This document shows positions 19,526-28,790 of a DNA stretch of 64,000 nucleotides, piece after piece (the first letter of the stretch is position 1; the number at the start of each line of letters is the position of its first letter). The notes beneath the pieces are model-generated. The model was not told the DNA's origin, did not search any database, and worked only from the letters and a program-made list of their open reading frames with translations. The translations under genes were made by a program, and so were the position numbers. Source of the stretch: an uncultured Chloroflexia bacterium. Its GTDB lineage: Bacteria; Chloroflexota; Limnocylindria; Limnocylindrales; CSP1-4. The DNA lies in assembly GCA_963713975.1 (NCBI GenBank), contig OY970218.1, positions 544,001 to 608,000 of the forward strand, in the 5' to 3' direction.

Positions 19526-20416
19526 CTATTTCGTTCGGCGCGACGGGTTCGACCGGGTTCGCAGCTTGCGCCGTTCGATCGTCTCCTCGACGCGATCGCG
19601 GAGCCCGGTGGCGTCGCGCCCAATCCCGATCCGGATGGCCAGCACATCCATGACGACGAGATACGGCATGACGGCATCCACGAGCCCGACTCGATACCGC
19701 TGCGGATTCACCACCGGCACTTGGACCACGAGGTCGGCAAGCCTCGAGATGGACGAGGGAACGAAGCCCGTCATCGCAATCGTTTGTGCGCCGGCATCAC
19801 GGGCCACCTTGAAAGCCTCCACGGTCTCGCGCGTCTCACCCGAGAATGAGATCGCGATGACGACGTGGCGCTCGTTCACCTGGAGCATCTGCAGCAGTTG
19901 CTGATGGGAATCGAGACTGAGGCGGATGGGGACGCCAAGGCGGGCCAACACGTTTTCCGCCAAGGTCGCCACTGATAGCGACGCACCCATGCCGAGCAGC
20001 GTGACCATCGACGCCTTGGCAATCGCGTCCGCGACGGCATCGATCGGTTCGCCGGCCAGCAGGCGGCCGGTCGCCTCAAGGTTCGACGCATATGCCTGGA
20101 GCACGTCCTGGACCTGGACCGGAAGCGGCGAGCCTGACTGGACCGGGACGTTGAAGATCCCGAGCTCGGCCCGCGCCTGCTCGGCCACCTCCTCCCGGAG
20201 CAAGCCGAGCTTGAACTCCTTGAACCCCAGGACCCCGAGCTTGTGGACGAGTCCGAACAGGACCGTCTCGCTCGTCTCGCTGCGTTTCGCGAGCTCACGG
20301 CCGGACAATGTCACCACGGCTCGGGGGTCGGCCAGAACGGCGTCCGCGATCCGCCGCTCCCCATCGGTCAGACTAGGGTAGAGGCTTCGGAGCGTGGCGA
20401 GGAGCGTCGGTTTCAC
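19526..20416 (-). CDS. RpiR/MurR family regulator (HTH + SIS)
   Basis: LTDGERRIADAVL...KLGVLGFKEFK HTH and the SIS motif ISFSGETRE. Confidence 0.92.
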   Translation of the reverse strand: MKPTLLATLRSLYPSLTDGERRIADAVLADPRAVVTLSGRELAKRSETSETVLFGLVHKLGVLGFKEFKLGLLREEVAEQARAELGIFNVPVQSGSPLPVQVQDVLQAYASNLEATGRLLAGEPIDAVADAIAKASMVTLLGMGASLSVATLAENVLARLGVPIRLSLDSHQQLLQMLQVNERHVVIAISFSGETRETVEAFKVARDAGAQTIAMTGFVPSSISRLADLVVQVPVVNPQRYRVGLVDAVMPYLVVMDVLAIRIGIGRDATGLRDRVEETIERRKLRTRSNPSRRTK

Positions 20417-20583
20417 GGTGTCCTCGTGCGAGGTGGGACCTCACCTGGGGTCACCCACCGGTGCGCTGGCCCGGTGTGAGTGGCCTCGTGCGGGACCGGA
20501 TCGTCCATCATGCGCATAGAGGATCGCACACGGCGTTGGCACGCCGCGCGGCGGGCAGGACGGCCCTTGTCGATCCGCCTGTA

Positions 20584-20621
20584 GCGTTGCTGCAAGATAC
20601 ATCACTGTCATGCAGCAATGC
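20584..20621. promoter_or_regulatory. Candidate operator copy 3: GCGTTGCT-N22-AGCAATGC, abutting a TTGACA
   Basis: Arms at 20584-20591 and 20614-20621 in the divergent region of the RpiR gene. TTGACA at 20622-20627. Confidence 0.75.
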
Positions 20622-20684
20622 TTGACACTTGACGGTATCGTGGCTCTCATCCGCGTGAAGTCGCGGCTCGAGGGTCCACTCGAC

Positions 20685-20744
20685 ATGATTCTTTCGCTCC
20701 AGCGCCACTTCATCAGCGAGATGGTCGCGGGAAGCGTCAAGTGA
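20685..20744 (+). pseudogene. C-terminal scar of a carbohydrate ABC permease (MalG-like)
   Basis: Translates as MILSLQRHFISEMVAGSVK*, matching the canonical ...lQr.fi.gl.aGsvK C-terminus of CUT1 permeases. Confidence 0.7.
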
Positions 20745-20791
20745 GCGATGTTGGACCCCATCTCAGGACCCAGCAGCGAGGGGAAGCCCCC

Positions 20792-21442
20792 ATGAGGGAC
20801 CCGATAGACGATCTCATCGACCGGATCCCTGTCCTGGCCGCGTGCAGGGCCGATGTGGCCGCCGCCACAGACGCCATGGCGACCAGCATTGCGGGCGGCG
20901 GGAAGCTCCTGGTCTGTGGCAACGGAGGCAGCGCGGCCGACAGCGAGCACCTCGTGGCCGACCTGATGAAGTCCTTCGTGGTCGCGCGCCCCATCCCCAG
21001 AGAGGACCGTGACCGACTCCTCGAGCTCGGCGGGCCTGAGGCTCCGGGCCTCGCCGACCTGCTGCAAGGCGCGCTGCCTGCGATGGCGCTCTCGTCCAAT
21101 GGCGCCTTCATGACGGCGATGGCTAACGACGTCGCCAATGACATGGCTTTCGCCCAGCAGGTCTATGGCCTGGGTTGTCCAGGTGATGTCCTCGTCGCCA
21201 TCAGCACCACGGGAACCTCACCGAGCGTCGTCCTCGCGGCACGCGTCGCGCGGCTTCGACGGATGCCGGTAATCGTGCTTACTGGCCGCGACGGGGGCGA
21301 CCTCGTCGGTGTCGCCGATGTCGCGATTCGGGTCCCGGCGGATCGTGTCTACGAGATCCAGGAGCTGCACCTGCCCGTCTATCACGCCGTTGCGCTTGCC
21401 CTTGAGCAGCGGTTCTTCGGTCTGGTGCCAGCGGACCGATGA
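20792..21442 (+). CDS. SIS-domain phosphosugar isomerase, GmhA-like
   Basis: CGNGGSAADSEH, AMANDV, AISTTG and EIQELHLPVYH motifs. Confidence 0.88.
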   Translation: MRDPIDDLIDRIPVLAACRADVAAATDAMATSIAGGGKLLVCGNGGSAADSEHLVADLMKSFVVARPIPREDRDRLLELGGPEAPGLADLLQGALPAMALSSNGAFMTAMANDVANDMAFAQQVYGLGCPGDVLVAISTTGTSPSVVLAARVARLRRMPVIVLTGRDGGDLVGVADVAIRVPADRVYEIQELHLPVYHAVALALEQRFFGLVPADR

Positions 21443-22575
21443 CATCACCCGATGCGGGCCGCCCTGCCTCCTCCGATGAGGTTGTCAGGCGCCGTCGTTC
21501 GGGGTCTCCAGCGTCGCTTGCTTCTCCGGCGACGGCCCCCCGCTCGGTCACAGACCGAGCGGGGGGCATGGAGGCCCTCCGCGTCACACGAGCTGCGACC
21601 CCGTCACCGGCGGGCGGTCCGGGGCGTGCGGTGCGTGCCGGCGTCCTGATCTGGTCGCAGTCCACCTCGTGGCCAGCACTGATGCGGGCAGGCAGCACTG
21701 CCGATGGACTTGGTTACGACGACATCTGGTCGTGGGACCACTTGGTCCCGATCAAGGGCGACCGGGACGGGCGGATCTTCGAGGGCTCCATGACGCTGGC
21801 GGGATGGGCCGCAGCCACCCGCCAGGCCAGACTCGGCTCCATGGTCGCTGCGAACACCTTCCGCAGCCCGACGTTGGCGGTCAAGATGGTGACCGCCCTC
21901 GACCACATGACTGACGGGCGGGCGGTCCTCGGGCTGGGAGCAGGCTGGTTTGAGTCGGAGCACGCGGCGTTCGGGTTCCCGTTCGGGGCGAGCGCAGGCG
22001 AGCGGCTGGACTGGCTCGACGAGGCGGCGGCACTGGTCCGCGCGATGCTGGACGGTGAGGCCGCCTCTGCCCGGGGACCGCACTACACGGCATCGTCAGT
22101 CCGCAATCGCCCATCAGGCTTGCAGGCGCGGATCCCGCTGCTCATCGGTGGGGGCGGCGAGAAGAAGACGCTCGCCACCGTGGCCCGCTACGCAGACATC
22201 TGGAACATCGGTGACGACCTGGACGTGGCCCGCCACAAGGTCGCCGTCCTGGACCGCTGGTGTGCGGAGGTCGGCCGCGATCCGCTCGAGATCGAAAGGA
22301 CGCTCGGCGTCGGGCCGCTCGTGATCCGGGACACCGCGCGGCAGGGGCGCACGTGCATTGACGCCCTCCGTCGGCATAACCCCGGCTGGACCGAGCCCAT
22401 CGAGGCGATGGGCGCCAGCGCCGTGATCGACCGACTGGCGCCCTATCTCGAACTCGGGTTCCGCTCGTTCCACATCGACCTCCCTGCGCCCTTCGACATC
22501 GAGACGCTGGCGAGGTTCGTGGCCGAAGTCCGACCGGCCCTCGCGCGGGCCGCGCGGGATCTCCCTCGGGCGTGA
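21439..22575 (+). CDS. LLM-class (probably F420-dependent) oxidoreductase
   Basis: GYDDIWSWDH, LDHMTDGRAVLGLGAGWFESEH and LIGGGGEKKTL motifs. The true start may be near 21628. Confidence 0.88.
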   Translation: MTSPDAGRPASSDEVVRRRRSGSPASLASPATAPRSVTDRAGGMEALRVTRAATPSPAGGPGRAVRAGVLIWSQSTSWPALMRAGSTADGLGYDDIWSWDHLVPIKGDRDGRIFEGSMTLAGWAAATRQARLGSMVAANTFRSPTLAVKMVTALDHMTDGRAVLGLGAGWFESEHAAFGFPFGASAGERLDWLDEAAALVRAMLDGEAASARGPHYTASSVRNRPSGLQARIPLLIGGGGEKKTLATVARYADIWNIGDDLDVARHKVAVLDRWCAEVGRDPLEIERTLGVGPLVIRDTARQGRTCIDALRRHNPGWTEPIEAMGASAVIDRLAPYLELGFRSFHIDLPAPFDIETLARFVAEVRPALARAARDLPRA

Positions 22576-22767
22576 CCGTCCTGCGAACCCGGCACATGGT
22601 GGGCGACGCCCACCTCGGGCGGCACCGCGTGCGCCTGCTCAGTCCCGGGCAGGCCACCCAGCGACTCGGTCGAGCCCGCCAATGGCAGGTCGCCTCAGAG
22701 CGACGGCCCGAGGACGATTTGCGCGGCCCGTGCGTTCGTCCAGATCGCAGCGTCGGGTCCCCAACCG

Positions 22768-22908
22768 TCACGGCGCGGCGCCGTGCCAGCGCCACTCGCC
22801 GGCCGGGGTGTGCACGGTGTCGCCCGCACGGATCTCGACGCCCTCGCCGCCACGCGTCTGGATCCGACCGATCCCCTCGGTGACGTGCGCGGTCTGCCCG
22901 ACGGCATG
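22768..22908 (-). pseudogene. Cupin gene fragment
   Basis: HAVGQTAHVTEGIGRIQTRGGEGVEIRAGDTVHTPAGEWRWHGAAP* has a premature stop and lacks its N-terminus. Confidence 0.8.
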
Positions 22909-23078
22909 GTTGTCGACCGCAAGGATGGTTGATCCACCGAGACGGTGCCTGCGATTCCGACGCAGTTATCGTCTCTGCGAGCGTTGTTGCGGACAGCCTC
23001 TGGCGCGGACCCGGCCGACATCGGCCGTGGTAGACTCCCGTTCGCTCAGCAGGCAGCTCTGACAGAGCACGAAACCGT

Positions 23079-23154
23079 GGGGCTATAGCTCAGCTGGGAG
23101 AGCGTCTGAATGGCATTCAGAAGGTCAAGGGTTCGAATCCCTTTAGCTCCACCA
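23079..23154 (+). tRNA. tRNA-Ala(GGC)
   Basis: 76-nt cloverleaf, anticodon loop ATGGCAT, G3:U70 pair, TTCGAAT T-loop, encoded CCA. Extended -10 TGgTAGACT at about 23028-23036. Confidence 0.98.
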
Positions 23155-23179
23155 ACACCCCGCTAGCGCCGACAACCTG

Positions 23180-23212
23180 ACCCCTCGCCGGGACCGGCGG
23201 GGGGTTCGTTTC
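23180..23212 (+). terminator. Probable intrinsic terminator after the tRNA
   Basis: ACCCCTCGCCGG-GA-CCGGCGGGGGGT hairpin followed by a T-rich tract. Confidence 0.6.
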
Positions 23213-23233
23213 ATTCCGAATTGGGACGGGACC

Positions 23234-25915
23234 GTGACGACGACAGGCGACACCGAAAGCAGCGGCCAGGGCAACGGCCACGGGGGGCGCTCCCGCATCG
23301 AGCGCTACGAGCCCGCGGCCATCGAGCCCAGGTGGCAGCAGCGCTGGGACGACCTCCGCCTCTACGAGACCGATCTCGACGACCGGTCGAGGCCCCGCTA
23401 CTACCTGCTGACGATGTACGACTACCCCTCGGGGTCACTCCACATCGGTCACTGGTACGTGAAGACGCCGACGGACGCGATCGGCCGCTACCGGCGGATG
23501 CACGGCGACAACGTGTTCCTGCCGGTCGGCTTCGATGCGTTCGGGCTGCCAGCCGAGAACGCCGCCATCAAGAACAACATCAACCCGCGCGACTGGACGA
23601 TGGCCAACATCGAGAAGATGCGCCGCCAGCTGCGGACGATGGGCGCGTCGTTCGACTGGACCGCCGAGGTCGTCACCTGCGATCCCGAGTACTACCGCTG
23701 GAACCAGTGGTTGTTCCTCAAGCTCATGGAGAAGGGCCTGGCATACCGCTCCGTCTCGGCCGTGGACTGGTGCCCCAACGACGGGACGCTCGCACGCGAA
23801 CAGGTCGAGGGCACGGATCGCCGCTGCTGGCGCTGCGGCGCGCAGGTCGAGAAGCGCGAGCTGCCCCAGTGGTACCTGGGCATCACCAACTACGCGGACG
23901 ACCTGCTCGACTTCGGGGGCATCGACTGGCCGGATCCCGTCCGGATCATGCAGACGAATTGGATCGGGCGTTCGTCGGGCGCCGAGATCGTGTTCGAGAC
24001 GGCCCCCTCGGCGCACCACGCCGGCGGCGAGGAGCTGCGGGTGTTCACCACCCGGCCGGACACGCTGTTCGGCGCCACGTTCATGGTGCTCGCGCCCGAG
24101 CACGCCCTTGTCGCCGCGCTGACGGCACCCGACCGCAAGGCCGAGGTGGACGCCTACGTGGCGCAGTCCGCCGCGAAGACGGAGATCGACCGTCTCTCGG
24201 CCGACCGGGAGAAGACCGGTGTCCCCATCGGCGCGGACGCCATCAACCCGGTCAACGGGGAGCGGATCCCGATCTTCATCGCGGACTACGTGCTGGGCTC
24301 CTACGGCACGGGCGCGATCATGGCCGTGCCCGCCCACGACGAGCGCGACTTCGCCTTCGCGCAGGCCTTCGGCCTGCCGATCGTGAGGGTCGTCATGCCC
24401 AAGGGCGCCGATCCCGACGCGCCGATGACCGAGGCGTTCGTCGACAAGGCGGCCGATCTCGCCCCGGCGGCGACGCCAGAGCACCACGGGATCCTGGGCG
24501 GCATCCTGGACGAGGTCGAGATGCTCGCCCGCGGGCGGACGGCAGCGGACCAGATCGTGATGGTCAACTCGGGCGAGTTCACGGGGAAGCCGGCCGTCGA
24601 TGCCTGGCACCAGATTGTGTCCTCGCTCGAAGAGCGCGGCAAGGGCCGCCAGGCGGTCACCTACCGGCTGCGCGACTGGCTGATCAGCCGCCAGCGCTAC
24701 TGGGGCACGCCGATCCCGGTCATCCACTGCGAGCAGTGCGGCGCGGTCCCGGTCCCCGAGCAGGACCTGCCCGTCCTGCTGCCCGAGACCGTGGACTACA
24801 AGGGCTCCGGTGACAACCCGCTCAACCGCGACGAGACCTTCCTCAACGTCGCCTGTCCGGAGTGCGGTGCCGCGGCGCGGCGCGAGACGGACACGATGGA
24901 CACGTTCATCGACTCGTCCTGGTACTGGTTCCGGTACCTGTCGCCCCACAACGCGGACGGGCCGGTCGACATCGACCGGGTCAAGGACTGGACACCCGTG
25001 GACCAGTACACGGGTGGCGCCGAGCATGCGGTGATGCACCTGCTGTACAGCCGGTTCTTCACCAAGGCGATGCAGGACCTGGGGCTGGTCCACGAGCCCG
25101 AGCCGTTCCTCCGGCTGTTCAACCAGGGCCAGATCCTGGGCGCCGACGGCGAGCGCATGAGCAAGAGCCGCGGCAACGTCCAGGACCCCGACGAGCTGGT
25201 CGCACGCTACGGGGCGGACGCCGTCCGGCTGTTCCTGATGTTCATGGGCCCCTGGGACCAGGGCGGCCCGTGGAGCCCAACCGGCATCGGCGGAGTGGGC
25301 AAGTTCCTCAACCGCGTCTGGGCGATCGCGATCGACCCGCACGGTCGCGAGCAGGGCGACCCCTCCGGCGGCGCCCTGCCGGAGGGCGAGACCGAGGAGG
25401 TCGCGCGCCACCGGATGCACGCCATGGCGCACCGCACGCTGCGGGACGTGACCGACGACTACGAGGACTTCCGCTGGAACACGATGGTCGCGAAGCTCAT
25501 GGAGCTGAGCAACGTGCTGTCCCGCTACCGGGGCACCCCCGCGGCGGGCCTGCCGGAGTGGGACGAGGCGGTCGGGCTGCTGCTGCTGATGCTCGCCCCC
25601 GCGGCGCCGCACATCACCGAAGAGCTGTGGGCCCGGCGGCTCGAGGCTCGGGGCGAGGCGTGGGAGTCGATCCACGTCCAGCACTGGCCAGCCCTGGACG
25701 AGCGGGCCCTCGCGGAGGCGACCCGCGAGGTGCCGATCCAGGTCAACGGCAAGCTCCGCGACAAGGTCACCGTCCCCACCGACACCTCCGAGCGGAAGCT
25801 CGAGATGATCGTGCTGGAGCGGGAAAAGGTCGTGGCCGCGATGGGTGGCCGCAGGCCCGCCCGGATCATCCACGCGGGCGGAGGCAGGCTCGTCAACATC
25901 GTCCTGAAGGACTAG
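23234..25915 (+). CDS. leuS: Leucine--tRNA ligase
   Basis: LHIGH, FTTRPDT editing motif, [24 protein letters not shown] and RMSKS. Confidence 0.98.
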   Translation: MTTTGDTESSGQGNGHGGRSRIERYEPAAIEPRWQQRWDDLRLYETDLDDRSRPRYYLLTMYDYPSGSLHIGHWYVKTPTDAIGRYRRMHGDNVFLPVGFDAFGLPAENAAIKNNINPRDWTMANIEKMRRQLRTMGASFDWTAEVVTCDPEYYRWNQWLFLKLMEKGLAYRSVSAVDWCPNDGTLAREQVEGTDRRCWRCGAQVEKRELPQWYLGITNYADDLLDFGGIDWPDPVRIMQTNWIGRSSGAEIVFETAPSAHHAGGEELRVFTTRPDTLFGATFMVLAPEHALVAALTAPDRKAEVDAYVAQSAAKTEIDRLSADREKTGVPIGADAINPVNGERIPIFIADYVLGSYGTGAIMAVPAHDERDFAFAQAFGLPIVRVVMPKGADPDAPMTEAFVDKAADLAPAATPEHHGILGGILDEVEMLARGRTAADQIVMVNSGEFTGKPAVDAWHQIVSSLEERGKGRQAVTYRLRDWLISRQRYWGTPIPVIHCEQCGAVPVPEQDLPVLLPETVDYKGSGDNPLNRDETFLNVACPECGAAARRETDTMDTFIDSSWYWFRYLSPHNADGPVDIDRVKDWTPVDQYTGGAEHAVMHLLYSRFFTKAMQDLGLVHEPEPFLRLFNQGQILGADGERMSKSRGNVQDPDELVARYGADAVRLFLMFMGPWDQGGPWSPTGIGGVGKFLNRVWAIAIDPHGREQGDPSGGALPEGETEEVARHRMHAMAHRTLRDVTDDYEDFRWNTMVAKLMELSNVLSRYRGTPAAGLPEWDEAVGLLLLMLAPAAPHITEELWARRLEARGEAWESIHVQHWPALDERALAEATREVPIQVNGKLRDKVTVPTDTSERKLEMIVLEREKVVAAMGGRRPARIIHAGGGRLVNIVLKD

Positions 25916-26015
25916 CGCCCCGCCCGCTGCCGAACGCGCAAACGCGGCGCCCCGGTCCCCCGGAAGCGCCGCGTCGTGGCGTGTGGTCGACCGCTCGAGG
26001 CGGTCCCCGCAAAGG

Positions 26016-26477
26016 CTACTTCGCGGCGGTGAAGGCCAGCGTGCCCTCGTCCGCGAGCGTCAGCGTGAGCTGGTCGCCGTCGACCTTGTAGCTCTTCGTC
26101 GCTGCCAGGCCGGCCAGGTACTGGTCCGCCATGGAGCCCTCCGGGCAGGCCATCATCGTCGACGCCCCGAGCGTGATCGTCATGCCCCCGTCAGAGGCCG
26201 TCGTGTATGTCCCGGTGACCGCGTTGCAGTCGGCCTGGATGGTCGCCGAGCCATCCTCCTGGAAGGTGATCGCGTAGCTGGGCTGCTGGTCGGCCGGGAC
26301 GACACCCTGGAACGCGGGCACCTTCTCCGTGATCGCGGTGAGCTGCCAGGTCTTGCCCGTCAAGCCCCCGGATCCCGAGCATGCGGCGACGAGGATCGCG
26401 ATGGCGGCGACGGCAAGGCCGATGGCGGCGACGGACCGGCGGCGGCGCGACGGACTGGCGGTCGAGGTCTGGGTCAT
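26016..26477 (-). CDS. META domain (HslJ-like) lipoprotein
   Basis: Lipobox LVAAC, then LTGKTWQL, ADCN and STMMACP. Confidence 0.88.
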   Translation of the reverse strand: MTQTSTASPSRRRRSVAAIGLAVAAIAILVAACSGSGGLTGKTWQLTAITEKVPAFQGVVPADQQPSYAITFQEDGSATIQADCNAVTGTYTTASDGGMTITLGASTMMACPEGSMADQYLAGLAATKSYKVDGDQLTLTLADEGTLAFTAAK

Positions 26478-26664
26478 GCGGTGGTGTCCTCCGATGTCGA
26501 ACGGGCACGATGCCCCCTGCCCGGCAGCGCCGGAGCAGGGCGAGGATACCCGCTCTGCACGACTCGGGCATCGCCCAACGCGGACGAAGCTGCACCGGCC
26601 CAGCTCGGCGTTCACCGGTACCCTGACGGTGGCGACCCCACCCGCCCATCACGGAGACTGTCCC

Positions 26665-27603
26665 ATGGCCCAGGTCAAGATCGGCGCCCTCTGCTGGAAC
26701 CAGTACACCGATTGGCAGAGTCTGCTCCAGGCTGGCATCCGCGCGGACGAGCTGGGCTACGACACGCTGTGGACGTGGGACCACGTGTATCCGATCGTGG
26801 GTGATTCCACGGGGCCCAACTACGAGGGCTGGCTGACGCTGGCCGCCTGGGCCCAGGCGACGAAGCAGGTGCACATCGGCCTGATGGTCGGCGCCAACAC
26901 GTTCCGCGCGCCCACGCTCACGGCGAAGCTGGCGACCACGCTCGACCACATCAGCAACGGCCGCGCCATCCTGGGCATCGGCGGAGCATGGTTCGAGGAG
27001 GAGCACGAGGACTTCGGGCTCGACTTCGGGTCCGGCTTCCCGGAGCGCCTCCGCTGGCTGGGCGAGGCGCTGCCGATCATGCGCGGCATGCTGGATGGCA
27101 CCGAGCCGACGGCGGCGGGCGATCACTACCACAGCAAGGACACCCGCAACCTGCCGGGGCCCATCCAGGCCCACCTGCCGATCTGCATCGGCGGTGGCGG
27201 CGAGAAGGTCACGCTCAAGCTGGTCGCGAAGTACGGCGACATGAACAACGTCGGCGGCGGTGTGGCCGGTGTCCGCCACAAGGAGGAGGTCCTGCTCCAG
27301 CACTGCGAGACCGTGGGCCGCGACCCGTCCGAGATCGAGCGGACCAGCAACATCGGTGCCCTCTTCATCCGCGACGACCGGGCCGAGGCAGAGCGACTGT
27401 TCCACGCGGCGTTCGACCGCAACCGCGTCGCCCGACACTGGGACGAGCAGCCGGTCGGAACCCCGGAGGATGTGGCCGAGATGCTGGCACCCATGGTGGA
27501 ACTCGGCTACCGGCACCTGGTGGCCGGGTTCCCCTCCACCTACGATGAGGAGTCGATGACCCGGTTCGCCACCGAGGTCCGGCCGCTGCTCGAGAAGGGC
27601 TAG
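26665..27603 (+). CDS. LLM-class (probably F420-dependent) oxidoreductase
   Basis: GYDTLWTWDH, LDHISNGRAILGIGGAWFEEEH and IGGGGEKVTL motifs. GGAG RBS. Confidence 0.9.
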   Translation: MAQVKIGALCWNQYTDWQSLLQAGIRADELGYDTLWTWDHVYPIVGDSTGPNYEGWLTLAAWAQATKQVHIGLMVGANTFRAPTLTAKLATTLDHISNGRAILGIGGAWFEEEHEDFGLDFGSGFPERLRWLGEALPIMRGMLDGTEPTAAGDHYHSKDTRNLPGPIQAHLPICIGGGGEKVTLKLVAKYGDMNNVGGGVAGVRHKEEVLLQHCETVGRDPSEIERTSNIGALFIRDDRAEAERLFHAAFDRNRVARHWDEQPVGTPEDVAEMLAPMVELGYRHLVAGFPSTYDEESMTRFATEVRPLLEKG

Positions 27604-27607
27604 CGGG

Positions 27608-28249
27608 CTAGGTCTCGCCGGAGGGAGACGCCGGTTCCGCGGCCTTCGGGTCGCGGGCCTTCGAGCGGAAGCGCTGCGCCTTCGCGCGGTTGCCGCACGT
27701 GGTCATGTCGCACCATCGCCGGCGACCCGCTCGTGACGTGTCCTCGAACACCCAGCGGCAGCCGTCATTGGCGCAGATCCTGAGGCGATCGGTCGCGCCC
27801 GACGCGATCACATCGACGAGCGGCGACGCGAGACGCGCCAGCGCCTCGCCGGTGGGGTCGTCGGTCGAGTGGCGGTGGGCCACCTCGATCCCGTTGGGGC
27901 CCGGCCGCAGCTCGGTCCGCGGGCCTCCATCGAGGAGCGCGTTGAGGGTGGCGAGCGCCTCGACCGCGGGCGCGCGGCCCTCGACCTGCGCATCCCAGAC
28001 CTCACGCAGCGCCTGGCGCGCATCGCGGACCCGCGTCAGCCACGGTGGACCGTCCTGGTGAGCCTGGCGCACGAGATCCTGCTTGTGGGCGAGGCCACGG
28101 TCCGCCAGGAAGGCGACCGCGTCACGCGCGGTGACCAGGCTGTCATCGGGCCGTCCGTCGGTGAGCTCGACCGTGTTGATGAACTCGAGGCAGGCATCGA
28201 GCGGGGCGGCGTGGGCGTGGGTGGTGGTTGCGGGGGCATCGTTCGGCAT
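27608..28249 (-). CDS. ABATE/CGNR zinc-finger putative regulator
   Basis: N-terminal CLEFINT and C-terminal CANDGCRWVFEDTSRAGRRRWCDMTTCGNRAK. Confidence 0.93.
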   Translation of the reverse strand: MPNDAPATTTHAHAAPLDACLEFINTVELTDGRPDDSLVTARDAVAFLADRGLAHKQDLVRQAHQDGPPWLTRVRDARQALREVWDAQVEGRAPAVEALATLNALLDGGPRTELRPGPNGIEVAHRHSTDDPTGEALARLASPLVDVIASGATDRLRICANDGCRWVFEDTSRAGRRRWCDMTTCGNRAKAQRFRSKARDPKAAEPASPSGET

Positions 28250-28257
28250 CTGACGTC

Positions 28258-28337
28258 GTAACCACCATAAACCTGTTGACAGGTTACGTGCAAGCGGGGT
28301 ATTCTTCGTAACCAGTTAGGTGAATTAGTCCGGTTAC
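28258..28337. promoter_or_regulatory. Two tandem GTAACC-N18-GGTTAC palindromes (candidate CGNR operator)
   Basis: Copies at 28258-28287 and 28308-28337, exactly 50 bp apart, in the AT-rich divergent promoter. Confidence 0.75.
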
Positions 28338-28362
28338 TCCACCGGACACGAGGAGACCCCCG

Positions 28363-28485
28363 ATGGACGTCATGGCCATCACCCTGATCGTGCTCACGAT
28401 CTTCGCGCTGATCGCCGCCGCGGCCGGCGTCGAGAGCCGGGACGCATTCGACGGAACCGATTCCCGCGGCTCCACCGGCCGCTGA
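28363..28485 (+). CDS. 40-aa single-TM small protein (missing from the ORF track)
   Basis: AGGAG RBS, then MDVMAITLIVLTIFALIAAAAGVESRDAFDGTDSRGSTGR*. Confidence 0.7.
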   Translation: MDVMAITLIVLTIFALIAAAAGVESRDAFDGTDSRGSTGR

Positions 28486-28499
28486 CGGAGGACACGACG

Positions 28500-28790
28500 A
28501 TGTGGCAGATCCAGGCCCAGCTCGCCCACGACATCATTCGGGAGCGTCAGGCGGAGGCCGAGAAGCGCTCCGCGTGGCGGCGGGCCGAGGAGCTCGCCGC
28601 TGCAGAGCGGCTCGCCCACCCCGACCTTGTGCCTCCGCGTGCCGTTGCCGCACCCCGGCGTGCGCTTGCGGCGGCCCTGCGACGCCTGGCGGCAGGAGCA
28701 GGCTCGCTGGCCGGCACCGCTTGCTCGGCCGCATCCAGGGTCGAGGGGCGACCGGTGGATGCGCGGCCGGCCGGAGGACCGGCGGCCTAG
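28500..28790 (+). CDS. Small hypothetical protein
   Basis: GGAGG RBS and a helical N-terminus MWQIQAQLAHDIIRERQAEAE. Confidence 0.65.
   Translation: MWQIQAQLAHDIIRERQAEAEKRSAWRRAEELAAAERLAHPDLVPPRAVAAPRRALAAALRRLAAGAGSLAGTACSAASRVEGRPVDARPAGGPAA

Noticed and set aside
20792-21442. ADP/GDP-heptose biosynthesis (gmhA)
   Set aside because: Partner genes are absent from the window and the context is degradative, so the symbol was withheld.
23079-23154. tRNA-Ala as the integration site of region 1
   Set aside because: The accessory region lies 5' of the tRNA, and I found no duplicated tRNA end and no integrase.
23155-23233. T-box leader for leuS
   Set aside because: Only about 80 nt separate the tRNA and leuS, and there is no T-box consensus.
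23435-25873. Long antisense ORFs (for example 812 aa opposite leuS, 660 aa at 45720-47702, 479 aa opposite rho)
   Set aside because: These are shadow ORFs typical of high-GC codon bias, lying opposite well-supported genes.
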